Origin: Cirrosporium novae-zelandiae
Taxonomy: Eukaryota
Direction of reading: 5' to 3'
Length of the DNA: 64,000 nucleotides
NCBI GenBank assembly: GCA_026023565.1
Contig: JAPETS010000061.1
Span: forward strand, 1-64,000
Below are positions 1 through 13,149 of the stretch, piece by piece; position 1 is the stretch's first letter; the number at the start of each line of letters is the position of its first letter. The position numbers were made by a program, and so were the translations under genes. The notes under the pieces were generated by a model that saw nothing but the letters and a program-made list of their open reading frames with translations, was not told where the DNA came from and made no database searches.

Positions 1-3000
1 CTGGTCCCCCGGTCCCCCACCCCCCCCCCCCCCCCCTCCCAGTCCTGAACTTTGTTAAACCCTGCTGCCATTGGTTGACCCGGTCACTTCCGTATTAACC
101 GACCTCCGATCTTCAAAATCTTCTTTTGCCTCGTGTCAACGTAACTGGAGAGAGATATGACTGAATCTTTTTGCTAACATGCCAATTGCAGACTGCATGG
201 GGAAGTCGTGACGAAGCAGATACAGATGATGGCAAAGCTGCACGTATCTATCGTATTCCTCCAGACGAACATCGTCCATCCTATTTTAACGCCGTAATAC
301 CCCGCAAACGCGCCCATGGCCTCCCCCACGACTCTATATCTTTCCAACAACAATCTTTACCACTTTGTTCGGAAAAGAGCATACCTGAAACCCTCCCACG
401 GAGTTGTTTCCTACCGCCACTGAAATATAAACATTCTTGGATAGCGGATCGGTTACGCGGTTATCAGCCACTACCTATACATGAGCCATCCATATTCCGT
501 CAATGACAGAATTATGACGGGATGGTTTCATCATGCTTTGACGATATGACGACTGCGAAACGAAAACTTGACATCACAATTATTTTAACCTCTGTACATT
601 ACTTCAATCTTCGCGGTCGTGTTTTTTTTTTTTTCTGTCTCCTTAGCGACAGACTCTTCTTAGATTCGGCATGGCGGCATTGATCATTCTACATACTACA
701 TTCCTCAAAAAAGCATTGCAGTCGACCCCTTGAGGGGGAAAAAATATTTTAGGGCAAAGTTGATGGAATGGTAGGGTCTGGTAGGACCGTGGAAATTATT
801 AGGGAAAAGGGATGCGGGTAAGGCTTGGAGTATTTTACTTTCCTATTAGCATGGCGGAGCGGAATGGAGATATCAGGAAAGAGAAAAGCCTCAAAGAGCT
901 AAAGAATCATCAACAGTTGGTTTTTGAAAATGCGCGATTAATAAATATTACAATTGATCAAGTCATGATTATCCCGTCCATGCCACATGAAAATGATGTG
1001 GATTTTTACTCCCACTGCACACACTCATCACAATCAGACCTGGTGCAGTTGCATGGTGCCCACTTTAATGAGGTTGGTTTTCTTATCTAGGTATATCGAG
1101 CGGCCCGCTGTCCATAGTCTCGACTGTTCGGCATCTCAAAGATGACTGTGTTATGTACGACAAGGTGATTTCAACGGTAGAATCGGGGGGAGAGGGTTCA
1201 GAGCCAGTATTTTCTTTATCGAACTTCCTTGCCATGTTTATGGTAATTCAAGGTTTGAAGGAATGCGCGTTAAACCATCCAAGTAGCTCTCTCTAGTCAG
1301 ACAGGTTTCTACTCTAGCAGTCTAACAGTCTTACACGAAGAGGTCCATTGTTGATTACAGCATCAGCACCAGCATGTGGGAGGACTGTGCGAAAGCTTAT
1401 ATGGCGCAATCCAGCGGTTGGACTGAGTATGGACTGTGTATGGACGTGGTATTGCACCGCCCTCTTTTTAAACTTCACCTGTTGTGAATTTCCACACACC
1501 ACACCAAGCGAATGTGCGAATGAAGATTTCAGGGTGCCATGGATGCTTCATCTTCATCTGGTTCATGTCGCGTATCTCATCGTTTGAATTGCTGGGCATG
1601 TAAGGTACGCTTTCGTCTGAACTTATGAAGTTCATTTTCTTACATTTCTCACATTTCCAATTTTTTTTCTAATATTTACATCTCTTTTCCCTTCCCAGTC
1701 AACCTCCCAAGCTCGCCATTGGTAATTAAGGTACTGTCATGTATTGTAATGTACTGTATCCGTTTTACCCAACTCCTCACTGTCTGGCATAACTTCGGAT
1801 GCCGGTTTTCTTCGGCAAGTGATTTTCCTCATGGTCATCTCGGTTGTAATAGTGCCAAGGTGAAGTTACCCTTATCGTAATTGATAGCCAGCTAACAAAT
1901 ATCATGGGAATGAAAATCCCCGAAATAGTTCATAACGAACCTGGAATATCTTAAGCTGCTGACCTCTTTAATTATTAGACTATCGGTTAGAAAGTTAGGA
2001 GGATCTGTAACTTGGTTTGAATAATCCAGATGACGATCTGTGTGCTGTTCGAGAACCTCGGTAATTAATTTAGGTACCTAGGTACCTAGGTAATTAAGTA
2101 CAAGTAATTAATCATTCTGAATACTTTCCCCGCGTCCTATCTGGATTGGTACATACGCTATTATTACCCATTCGTCATTGGACAGACGGACAAAAGGCTT
2201 CTACAGTTAGCATCAGACCTAACTAATTCCTTCAAAACATGGATTGACAACTTGTACAAGTACGAGTAAACAAAACAGGCTTTGGAAGAAAAGAGCCTCA
2301 AGCGTCTCGAGTCTCAAGAGTCAGATCTCAAAGGTTCAATCCGACAAGCCTCATATTACACACCATGTACAAAGTGCGCTCGTGATTCTTAAGAGATAAT
2401 AGCCCTTCGCACGGCTTTCGGCGACGACAGTCTGTCCATCTAGGTAGTCATGGGGTGCACAAAACATTTTCTCAGTGTAAATGCTAATATCTGAGTCCAT
2501 GGCATTGTCTTAGCTCGGATAATACGCATAGTCGCGAGTCATTGTTGATGAACACCAAATATCCCTGTCATCCTGGAATAGGTTTTTAGGGGAAAAATAC
2601 AAAGAAGAAGAAGAAGAGGAAGAAGCAGTCTTGTGCCGATCGTCTGATGATCAGTTAAACGCCCCTGAAGGATAGGTCATAGTTGATGGTCAACAACCCC
2701 GGGATGCGCCAAAGAACCGACATCTCGCTTGATGGACTGGGAATTTGTCACTTGCCCTCGACTTGTCCTCGACTTGTCTTGGACTTGTCGGGACTTGACT
2801 GTGACCAAGCCTTCTTCTTCGAACAACAACAACAACACTTTATTGAATGATTCATTATGACCTGTTTCATCAGGCATTGTCTGTCAGGTTAATGCGCGAC
2901 CTTCAATCCTTGCTTGAAACTTGTCCTCTGCATTCAATGGCTCAATTCTATTAATATTAATATTATCCAGAAAACGTTTCCACCACTCGCATATAGCACC

Positions 3001-6000
3001 CCACGTCTCCATGTGCTACTCGTACATGCCTCCCTGCAACAGAGCCAAGCCTTTGTGTCCATGCAAATCCGAAATGTGCAATCGACTGGCCTGACTGATT
3101 CTCATCGTGATTTCAACATTAAAGGCAACGCGATGTTTTGAATGCCCATAAATTAATTGGCTGCTTCTGCAGACAACAGACCGAGCTTCCGTTAATGGCA
3201 ATATTCCCTCTTTAGTTTATCAAATCCCTTTGATAGCAAGTGTGTTGAACTTGCAGATGGCTTGCAGTCATAGAAATCACGATTCATTTCTGACCATTCG
3301 TTCCATGAGGTCCACCATGCATCGGACCCACAGACCATAAAGAGGCCATGTATGAAGATAAATCTCAATTGTTATTTGTCGGCCGCCCTGATTCGTCGCA
3401 TTCTGGCCTGGTCGTTGTAACATGGCTTGTTGCGCTTCTGCTTTGCCGCAGCCGAGCTGAAAAGCCGCCATTCCTATACGTCATGTAGAAAAGTGGTTAA
3501 AGCCCTAGTGTCAGAACAAGGACGCAATATGCTATCCTGTGAGGCATATTGGCCGGCATTACCGGGTGGCGCTCCCACCACTCATGCCGAAGGAAAAATA
3601 GCCTTGCAGCATTCTAAGCTACAAATTTCTATCCAACGGCGTCGGAGAGAAAGCTCAATCTAGGTAGCTTCCATGCACAGGTCTACCGTGTATTCTGACT
3701 GGCTAGCGTCAGCCCTGCAGAATTACCTGTTTGTGGTGAAATGCGATCCCTTCCTGCAGCTTGTGACTTGACCGCGGTAACGGGATATGCATGGATGTGA
3801 AGATAAAAGGTGTGTTGCACAAAACCAATGTCGATTCTGGGGGTGGCACAGCTGCTGCATGAGGGGGCGGGGCGGCACGACGCATCCACGTTTCCAAGTC
3901 TGGTTCTGGGATATAGCTCCCGGGCTTTTCACAAGGGTCGGGAGAATTGACAATGGCTGGATTCAGGCAAAATTGGCGAATCTTTGATTCTTTCCATATT
4001 CCGTGGTCACATTGTCATAGGCTGTTTCCCGAGCCTTTGTCGTCTTCTTTTGTTGACTTGACTCTTCATTAGGAAATGTGCGGAGAATTGCACATAAGGA
4101 GTGCCGATCGGTGATGCATCAACGGGCATAATCTGCAGTTGATCAGCGAGTCGACATGCTGCACCATTTTCTTTGGCTTTCACATTTTATCTTTTGCCTT
4201 CTTATGCGCCAGTGAATCACCATGTGGCTAATATGGCAGGAAGGATTTTTGAAACGCATTGGTATGCATCATCGAGGCAGGATGCCCAATTGATATTTTG
4301 GAAGGGGGCGAAGCACCAATTTTCAAATCTTAGATCAATCACCTCCATAACATTGAGGCAATTTTTGCACCACAATCTACTACCACCTCTCACTAACCTA
4401 CAGCTGAGCCTGACTTGAAGAATTTCCTAGCTTTCCACAAAATATTTTGACAGTTTTGCCACACATCGAGACAGCATCCACCAGGCTATCTGAAGGCCTC
4501 TCGGCACGTTGAATATAAGAGGCAAGTTTGATGAAAACCGGAAATATTTCAGACCTTATCCGATGGGTGACCTCCCAGACCAAAACAGTCGATCGAAATG
4601 TGTCGCGCTTACATTTTGCCACAAGAGGAGTCGTCGCTATCTAAGCTACTCCATCAGATGATCTTAATCCTATGCTGCAAGTAAAGCCTCGCTGGATTTC
4701 GACTTGATTGCAGAAAAATACGCCAAAGTGGGATCATTCTCCACGATAGCACACGCCAATCCATGCATTACGAGGAAAAAAGTCGCAAGAAATAGGGATT
4801 TGCGATGATTCTCGAGTCAGTAGCCTGTCAAGAGACAAGTCTATTGAAAGGAACCAACGAAGTGCATTTTCCGTTTACTGCTCCATTGAAAATTCCCCGA
4901 CAAACTCCGCGGAAGATATATGGACAAACTGTATATGTACTTTGCTCAAGATGTGCTACTAGCTTGGATTGGAACTGCCATGACTCGCTCAGACTTTGGA
5001 AAAGGCTTGAAATAACAATCTTTAATGCTGTTGGTTTATTTCTTATTATGCACGCCAGCATTTCAAGTATCTGGCGTTAACTATTTGGTTGTCAGCTTCC
5101 GAATATTCCGTGGTTGTCTAATCTTTGCCTTAAAAAATCCAGTATTGCTATCGTTTCTCTGGACGCGTCTTCACTCGTCACTCAATCCAGCCTTCGTTCC
5201 CCACCACCTTTTTGGGGGGAGAGGGGTTAGCCTTTGAAGGTTATCAATAATTTCCATAATCTCCATTAGTGGTCTACATACTCACACAATCAAAATCAAG
5301 ACCTTCATATCCTTGAGATCTGGTATCCAAGGAAGGAGGGTGTGCACTTGTCGATTTTCGTATTGTCTTATGCTACGCATTGTCTCGGGTTACGTCTTGA
5401 CTTTGATTGCGCGTTACATGGCTTACATAAAAACTCAAACACTAAAATAAAAAAGGTCATACTTTTTAGGAAATCGCTTTCTACATGAGCGTTTCTAACT
5501 CTTGTTATAGTGACCTTGACTTCGGAAATATGTATCTGCTTCTAGCGGTGAAACTGGTGGGATGCGAAATCCAGCTGAGACGTTGAGATTTAGAAAGTAC
5601 CTGTTATGAACAGAGGGAATTAATTATACAGCATAGCTCTGAGGGTTAGGGGGTAAGTTCGACATCAATATGTTTTGTGTTTGTATGCCCTACAAATCTG
5701 CTATCCCTAACCTCACCCACAAGAACCAATATAACTTAATCTCAAAATTATTTACAAAATTACAATTTGCTACGACATCCTTACTAACCAGTCAATCGAA
5801 CTAACAATCACATATCCCTCCTCTTGCAATCTCCTTCCCATTCTAAAATTCATATTCTCTCAACCCAATTGTGTAAAGACTTGAGCTTCTAAGTATAGGA
5901 TCTCAACGACCATCAAACCACAAACCCTAACACAGATATGGATCAATATCCCAGAAAACAGAAGAAAAGAAGAGAAAATAACTCTCAAATGCACTCCAAA

Positions 6001-7943
6001 AAGCCCTTTATCCACTCACTCACTTAGCATCCTGGCACAATACAAGGTATGTGTAACCAAAAAAAAAATAAGAACCTTTCAAAAGGTTTCCTTTTTCTCC
6101 CTCCTTTATTCTCATCCCTCAAAAGAAAAGAAAACTAGACAAGCAAGCAGGCAAACGAGGGGTTCACATTTATAATCTAATTCCCTTGAATATCCAAGGA
6201 AGCAAAGCTGACGGTGCAATCAATCAACCAACAAAATCTATCTTTCCAGTGATCTACCAATCAATCCCTTCATGGTCTATCGGACCCCTGGGGCTATTCC
6301 GAAAGGTTCAGGTTTCATGAGTGTACCCTAACTAACCCTCCTTGCACTAACTAATGGAAGGAACTAGCATCACAATATAAAACTGTGTGATGTGTACAGA
6401 CATGAATAAATCTTTGGATAAAGTTATATATATATTATGCACCATTCTCACCCTAATTCCTATCTTATTCTATCCCATCTCCGAAAAATATTAAATCCCG
6501 AACTATAGCCAACAACCAACTATTCAGGGGCCATGATGCAACGCGAGCGAGAGAAAGAAAGAAAGAGAACAAAAGAACGAATCTAAGAGCACTTAGATAA
6601 AAAAAAACCAAAATAAACAAATTCCAGATATCTGTTTAACACCAACAGACAGACAGACACATTGACTGACCCTGTGAAAAAAAAATACTAATAATACTAG
6701 CACAAGAAGGAATGACACTCAATATATATAATCTCCTTTTTTCTTTAACAAAACAAAACAAACAAACAAATCACCCACCCACCCACCTATACAATAAAGA
6801 TCCCACCAACTCCAAGCTCCTCTCATCCCACCTCACTCACACACAACCCTTAAAAACGAACGAACGAACGAACAAAAAATAAGCTTTGTTTAGTTATCCA
6901 AACCATGAACTGGGTTTTAGTGTTTAGTTCTAGGTGTGGATGTGGATGCGGATGTGGATCTTTCATGGGTAGATAGGTAGCTTTAGGGGCTAGGTTAGGT
7001 TAATCCCGGTCGGAACGATGATGGGGCGATGGGATGGTTACATTTGAAACCTCTTTGGGGGATGGTGGGTTGAATGTAGTGAGGGATATTTGTTATGTGT
7101 TGGGGGGTTTGATGGGTTTGGGTTTGAGTTTGCTTGGATGGACGAACGAATTGTATGAATCTATCTATTGCCTAGTCTAACTGGTGGTGGTGGTGATGAT
7201 GGTGCCTAGTTAGTCTGATCGGCTGAATAAATAAATGTTCGCCATGGATGGTTTAACTTAGCTATGGGAACTTCTCTACAAGGGAAAATAAAATAAATAG
7301 TTAATGTCAACTTTCGTGTGAACGTATGTCTCTACCCAATTGCCCCCCCCAAACTCCTAAAGAGTATAGAGGTATGGGAATCAGAAAAAAAAAGAATTTG
7401 TTTCATTAACAACGAACTCCTGAGAAATTAAAAAAAAAAACAGGCCAAGTTACTATATCTAAAAAAAAGCATCTGCCCGCTGGTTCCTTACGGGAAAGAA
7501 AAAAGCCCCCATGCACGCTCAATTGAATAGATGAATAAATACCGACATCATACCGACCGAATGTGTATGTATGTTGTATGGATGGGACCCGGTTTTTATT
7601 CAGTTCAATATGTTTAATCAAGTCCAATCGAATCAAACAATCTTCAATACCGGGGACCTTTTTTGATTATTTGCACTTTGTTTGTCTGTTTTGTCCTGTG
7701 TCCTGATAGAATAGCCAAAAAGTTGCCATGATGTAACCGTGATTGAGCCATCACTACTGCTTCCATCGTCACCACACACTTACTGCCCTCCTCGAGGATG
7801 TTTGGAAAAAAGTTCTGGTCATCATTTCCGTCTGTCATGAGGACGGTAACAACGAAAACAGTGTCGATATGGAGGGGGGGTTGCACGTTGTTGCTGTTGG
7901 GTTGGAGGACGGTCGTTTGCGGGTTGGGGGAAGGAGAGGATAT

Positions 7944-8783
7944 TTATTGAGTCTTGAAGAGGAGGATGGCGCAGTGGCCAAGATAGAAGTAGATAAAGTG
8001 TTTGGTTTCTGGGTAGATGGGGGTTGGTCATGTTAGTTTGCTAAGGGATGATGGTACAAGGCGAGGTCACCGTACCGTGTGTCACGAAGCTACCAAAGTT
8101 CCGGCCGACAATGCAGTGCCATGTTGCACCTTTGCGGAGGTCAAACTGTGGTGGTTGAGATGACTGTGAGTGATTTGTTCCAGAAGTAAGAGCAATGGTG
8201 GGCAGACTTCTTTCTTGATATATTGTGCTATGTCCTATGTATATCAACAATGTTAGTGCTTCAAGAGCTTGTTGGATGCTAGATGCTGGATGGAGACGAA
8301 CCTTCTCGATATTGAATTTGGCCATGGCTTCTTGAGCTATTGACGAGTAAATATATTTATATTAGCGGTTGTCCTTGACCTTTTAATACCAAGGGGTTAT
8401 TTTTGGTCCAATTCATATACTGCCTTTGGAACTCTATCTAAGCGGGGTGGATTGGGAGCGCATACCAACTTCAACGGCTTCAGCTTGCATGTCCTCGCTC
8501 TTTTCGTAATCATTGAATCAGCTATAAAATCGCCTAAAATTGGGGGGTGTGCATGGTTTCCGATGGTATTGGGAATCCCTAAGCGGATCATGTAGGGACG
8601 CCATACCATGTCTACCGACTTAATTTGTGCTATTGGGAGCTATCAGCATCTTTATCTCCAACAGAATATTCGATTGTCTCATCGAAGAATATCCTGATGA
8701 TGATTGATTTCTCGTCAATGTCAAAACTCACCATCCAACTTGGGCTTCTTCTCGTCCGTCGCGGGGCCATTTTGATCAGGCAT
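7944..8783 (-). CDS. DYN2: Cytoplasmic dynein light chain LC8 (DYN2/NudG), 7 exons
   Basis: Manual splicing gives [117 protein letters not shown] is the LC8 signature; six GT-AG introns. Confidence 0.95.
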
Positions 8784-9405
8784 GGTGAATTATGATTTGA
8801 AGGGGATCTTTGCTTGGGTGATTGACCAAATAATTTGCGAATCTTTTTTGGCGAACAATAAAAACAGCCTGGCAATTAGAACAAAGGCAAGGCTATGGGA
8901 CAAAACATGCAAAAATAAAATAATTCCTAGATGGGTGGGTGTGGAAAGGGTGGGTTGGAGATGGAAGTGAGGAATGTTTATGCGAGATGGAGAAGGGAGA
9001 GAATTCCTAAGGTTCGTTCGTTTTGTTTCTTCAAATCAATCACGGTGGTTCTTCGGTTGACCGGTGGAACTGCTGAAGTCGTTTGTCTTGTATGTGACGC
9101 TAGATCCACCAAGGAATAGTCCCACAATGACTCCACAGGGATTGTATCAATACTTTCCCGCACATACTTGTAACCATCATCTAAACTTTTCACCGCTTCC
9201 GCCTTTGGTTAACCATCGATTGCGAATACGGAATTTTTCAATTTTCTTCACCCATCCACTAATAGAAAGACACCTTGGAAGCTTCTTTTCTTTCCAGTCC
9301 AATTCTTTCATCTTCTTTCGATATCCTTTAAGAAGAAGAAGATGATGATGATGATGCTTCATAGATAACTCCTATCTTTCTTTTTTTCCCCTCAACCTTA
9401 TCAAC

Positions 9406-12220
9406 ATGGCACCACCGGAACCAGAGCCCTCCTCTCGTGTTTTTGTCTCTGGCCTCGCCCCCACTTGCACAGATGCAATCTTACGCAAACACTTTGCGAC
9501 CCGTTTCGACATCACAGATTCAAAAGTAGTCTCGGGTAGAAGAATAGGATTTGTAGGATTGAAAAGCCCCGAGTTGGCACAACAGGCTGCCAAGTATTTT
9601 AACAAGAGTTTCTTGGGATTGGCGAGATTAAGAGTTGAGATTGCTAGGCCGGTATGTTTCGCTGCATTTCTATGTCTATGCACGAATAACGTTGACGGTT
9701 GGAGCAGATAGTGAGTGACTCGGATCGAAGAGGCAAGACTGGCCAAGGTAACAATGGCCTTGCTAAGAGCTTTAACGCAGAAAGCAATGATGAGCAGCCT
9801 CAATCATCTACAACACCTACTGGTGTGAAGCGAAAACATGATGCATTTACCGAAAAAGAACAAGATCCTAAACTGAAGGAGTATCTTAATGTCATGATGC
9901 CGGGGAAGTCTCGTCTCTGGGCTAACGAAGATGGTATCATGGACGCTTCTCCGAATCTAGAGAACACAAAAATTGGAACTCAACTTAAGGAAAGCCCTGA
10001 TGATGAAGAGTATGAAGAAATTCCTAAAAAACGACGGAAGGAGAAAAAGGAAAGGGAAGACAAACATATAAAAGAGGTGGTTGACGAGCTAGAGCCTATG
10101 ATCATTCAGAAACTTGACCAAGAGGAAGTTAATGAAAACGACAATGTGGAAGTTGTGCAAGCCGAAGCAGATCAGCCACAACATGCCGAGCCTGCCCCCC
10201 CAGTATCGGACTCGGACTGGCTTCGATCAAAAACGAGCAGATTGCTAGGACTCGTTGACGATGATGAGCTAGATATTGCCCGAGGAGTGCCCCAAGAGGG
10301 TTCGAAGGAACCAGAAAAGGCAGGAGGGGTCAAAAGAGCTTCTTCCCCCTCTCTATCCGAAGCCTCTACCTCCGATGCAGGAACGCAGACTGGTAGTGAG
10401 GACAAAGACGAAACCCTGGCTAATCCTGATGTGGGCGCTATTACCCAAACCGGCCGGCTATTTTTGAGAAATCTGGCTTATAGTGTTGAGGAGGAAGACA
10501 TTGAAAACTATTTTTCGCCTTTTGGAAGGCTTGAAGAGGTAAGTAGGCCATACTAGTATTTGTTTGATGTCATACACTGTGGTTGTGATGAATCATCCAG
10601 TAGGGACAACTTATGCATTGCAAATGATGTCACCTGGGAAAAGAGTATTTTAGTGAATGCTTCTGATTTCTGAACTGCATTTCGACACCATGTTTGGAAT
10701 TGTTTCGCTTTTTTGCAAATAGAAATAGCTAACAATTTTTAAAGGTTCATGTTCCTAAGGATTTAACCAAAGGACAAAATAAGGGTATTGCCTTTGTTCA
10801 GTTTGGTGAGCCTTCTGCTGCGGTTGAAGCCTACCAAAGCCTTGATGGCAAAGATTTTGAAGGACGGCTGCTTCATATTCGGCCAGCAGCCGCGAAGAGA
10901 GAAAATGGGCTTGATGAGTTTGCACTGTCGAAACTACCACTCAAAAAACAAAAGGAGATTGAACGAAAGAAAGGAGCTACCACGTCAACTTTCAATTGGA
11001 ATCACATGTACATGAATCCAGATGCTGTTACATCTGCAGTGGCAGATCGGTATGGCATCTCCAAATCTGAACTCCTTGACCCGACCTCGTCCGATGCTGC
11101 CGTTAGGCAAGCCCACGCAGAAACGTCGGTGATTCAGGAGACCAAGAAGTATTTCGTTGCAAATGGTGTTGATCTTGATGCCTTTAACGAGAAACGTAAA
11201 CGCGGTGATACTGTTATATTGGTCAAGAACTTCTCGTATGAAACAAAAGCACATGAGCTGAAGAAGCTTTTTGAGGAACATGGCTCAGTCACCAGGTTTT
11301 TGATGCCCCCTCATGGGACTATTGCTATTGTTGAATTCGCAGAAGCCAACCAGGCACATACTGCTTTCAAGTCACTAGCTTACAGAAGGATTGAAAATTC
11401 AATTCTGTTCCTCGAGAAAGCACCCAAGGATCTGTTCAAGACCAAGGCCGACGTCCCAATGTCGGAATCAGTGGCTAGGGCAAAGACCTCTGCGTTGGAT
11501 TTGAAAGTCCAGCCTGAGGAGGCTGCTGATACAACAACCTTGCATGTAAAGAATCTTAATTTTTCCACTACCACAGAACGCCTTAAGACCGAGTTCAAGG
11601 CTCTTGATGGCTTTGTTTCGGCTAAAGTCAACACTAAGCCTAATTCCAAACGTCCCGGCGAAACCCTTAGCATGGGCTACGGATTTTTAGAATTCAAGAC
11701 GAAAGAGCAAGCTCAAGCCGCTCTTGCTGCCATGAATGGTCACAAACTAGATGGTCATGAACTCCTCATTAAACCATCTCAGAAAGTGTCTGATGCTGCA
11801 GAGGGGCGAAGAAAGGAGGATACAGCCAAGAAGGTTGCTGCCAGGAGGACAAAGGTCATTATCAAGAATCTTCCGTTCGAAGCTTCGAAGAAAGATATTC
11901 GGTCTTTACTCAGTTCTTATGGTCAACTCAAATCAGTGCGTGTTCCGAAGAAATTCGACAACAGTGCTCGTGGTTTTGCTTTTGCCGAATTCATCTCTCC
12001 AAGAGAAGCTGAGAATGCAATCGAGGCTCTCAAGGATACACATTTACTCGGTAGAAGGTTGGTATTCCAATTTTCTATAGGCGATGAGATTGACCCAGAA
12101 GAAGAGATTGAGAAGATGCAAAAGAAAGTTGGCCGGCAGGTAGATAGAGTGGCGTTGCAAAAGCTCACCGGAGGCGGACGAAAGAAGTTCACAGTTGATG
12201 GCCAAGATGATGATGAATAA
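9406..12220 (+). CDS. MRD1: Multiple RNA-binding domain protein 1 (multi-RRM, 40S biogenesis)
   Basis: N-terminal RRM (SRVFVSGL...RRIGFVG), DPKLKEYL and SDSDWLRSKTSRLL segments, FNWNHMYMNPDAV, C-terminal RRMs (SMGYGFLEF, RGFAFAEF, THLLGRRLV). Introns 9652-9707 and 10539-10744 join the ORF pieces in frame. Confidence 0.95.
10578..10679 (+). ncRNA. Candidate intronic box C/D snoRNA in MRD1 intron 2
   Basis: Box C GTGATGA 10585-10591, D'-like CTTA 10610-10613, C'-like ATGATGT 10624-10630, box D CTGA at 10663 and 10670, terminal stem TGTGGT/ACTGCA. The host intron (206 nt) is much longer than the others. Antisense element GTAGGGACA is complementary to conserved LSU rRNA UGUCCCUAU. Confidence 0.75.
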
Positions 12221-13008
12221 TAGGAGGCGACATGGAACATTAATTTCAAAGGAAATTCGCCGTGACTTAACGCCCCTTCAACGATGTTGGATTTATTGTC
12301 CCCTTGCTTGGCGATCAAGCCCAAGGTGCGACTCGAATCATGGAGATGGTTGTATGAGGCTCTATAGCAATGACCGATGAATAATACTATGATCACCATT
12401 CATCTGATCTCAATGATTCCAAGACTTATCAAGTTATCCTACTCCACAAGTTCCCTGTCATTTTGGGATTCCATTTTTCGAGGAAGTTGTTTACTTATTT
12501 ACGTTTAACATTCTTCGCTTCAAGACAGTGATTTCCCGCTACATTCTTGTGCCGATCTATTTCCTTGGGGTCGATGTTGATCTTGAGAGTTGGTGGATGT
12601 AAGTCATCGACTTGGCCTGGTCCTATCTCCTTCCTATTTTGCCGTTGAGCTTCCTAATTTTTAGGGCATCCCTTGCGTCTCCGAAGGCGAGCTTGATGCC
12701 CCGAGTGCAGCGATTGCACAGCTTTTCTCCTAGTTTAAGCCATCCCAGTTACCTGGATATATACCAAAGTCGTTAAGGGTGTCTCCAGTATCTAATGGTA
12801 TCAACCGGACCAATAACGTGAATATCAAATTTATTATATGTTTTGTTTGTCTGAGTAAAGAGTCTCACCCGCGATCGGTTTAGTTCCCCCTCCTGAAGGA
12901 TCACTCTATAAACTCCTCAATGACTGCTCCCACATTGTCCAAGGTTTGCCGACATTTTCTATCCTTTTTCTATAACATCAGATAGTAGCACAATATTATT
13001 ATCATTGT

Positions 13009-13107
13009 CATTCCTTTGACTTTTTCTTTGTCATTCAGATATCACTCATTCCTATATCCTGAAAATTTTAGCTTACCAGGTCATCATTCCTTACCCTCAT
13101 ACATTCC
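13009..13107 (+). promoter_or_regulatory. Cluster of four CATTCC TEA/AbaA response elements upstream of the abaA-like gene
   Basis: CATTCC at 13009, 13047, 13085, 13102 (plus CATTCT at 12509 and 12542); CATTCY is the AbaA/TEA binding consensus. Confidence 0.6.
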
Positions 13108-13149
13108 TCCTAACAGGCGAGATCCCCTCAATATAACGTATAGTTGGAA

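Noticed and set aside
4140..5100. Short minus-strand ORFs (4398-4622, 4828-5061) as a decayed gene
   Set aside because: No recognisable motif and no consistent splice model could be built.
7644..8036. ORFs overlapping the LC8 last exon and 3'UTR
   Set aside because: Antisense or alternative frames of the dynein light chain gene and its UTR.
9231..9250. RRPE-like AATTTTTCA motifs upstream of MRD1 (similar ones at ~24012-24038 before NOC2)
   Set aside because: Fits ribosome-biogenesis genes but too low in complexity to support as a feature.
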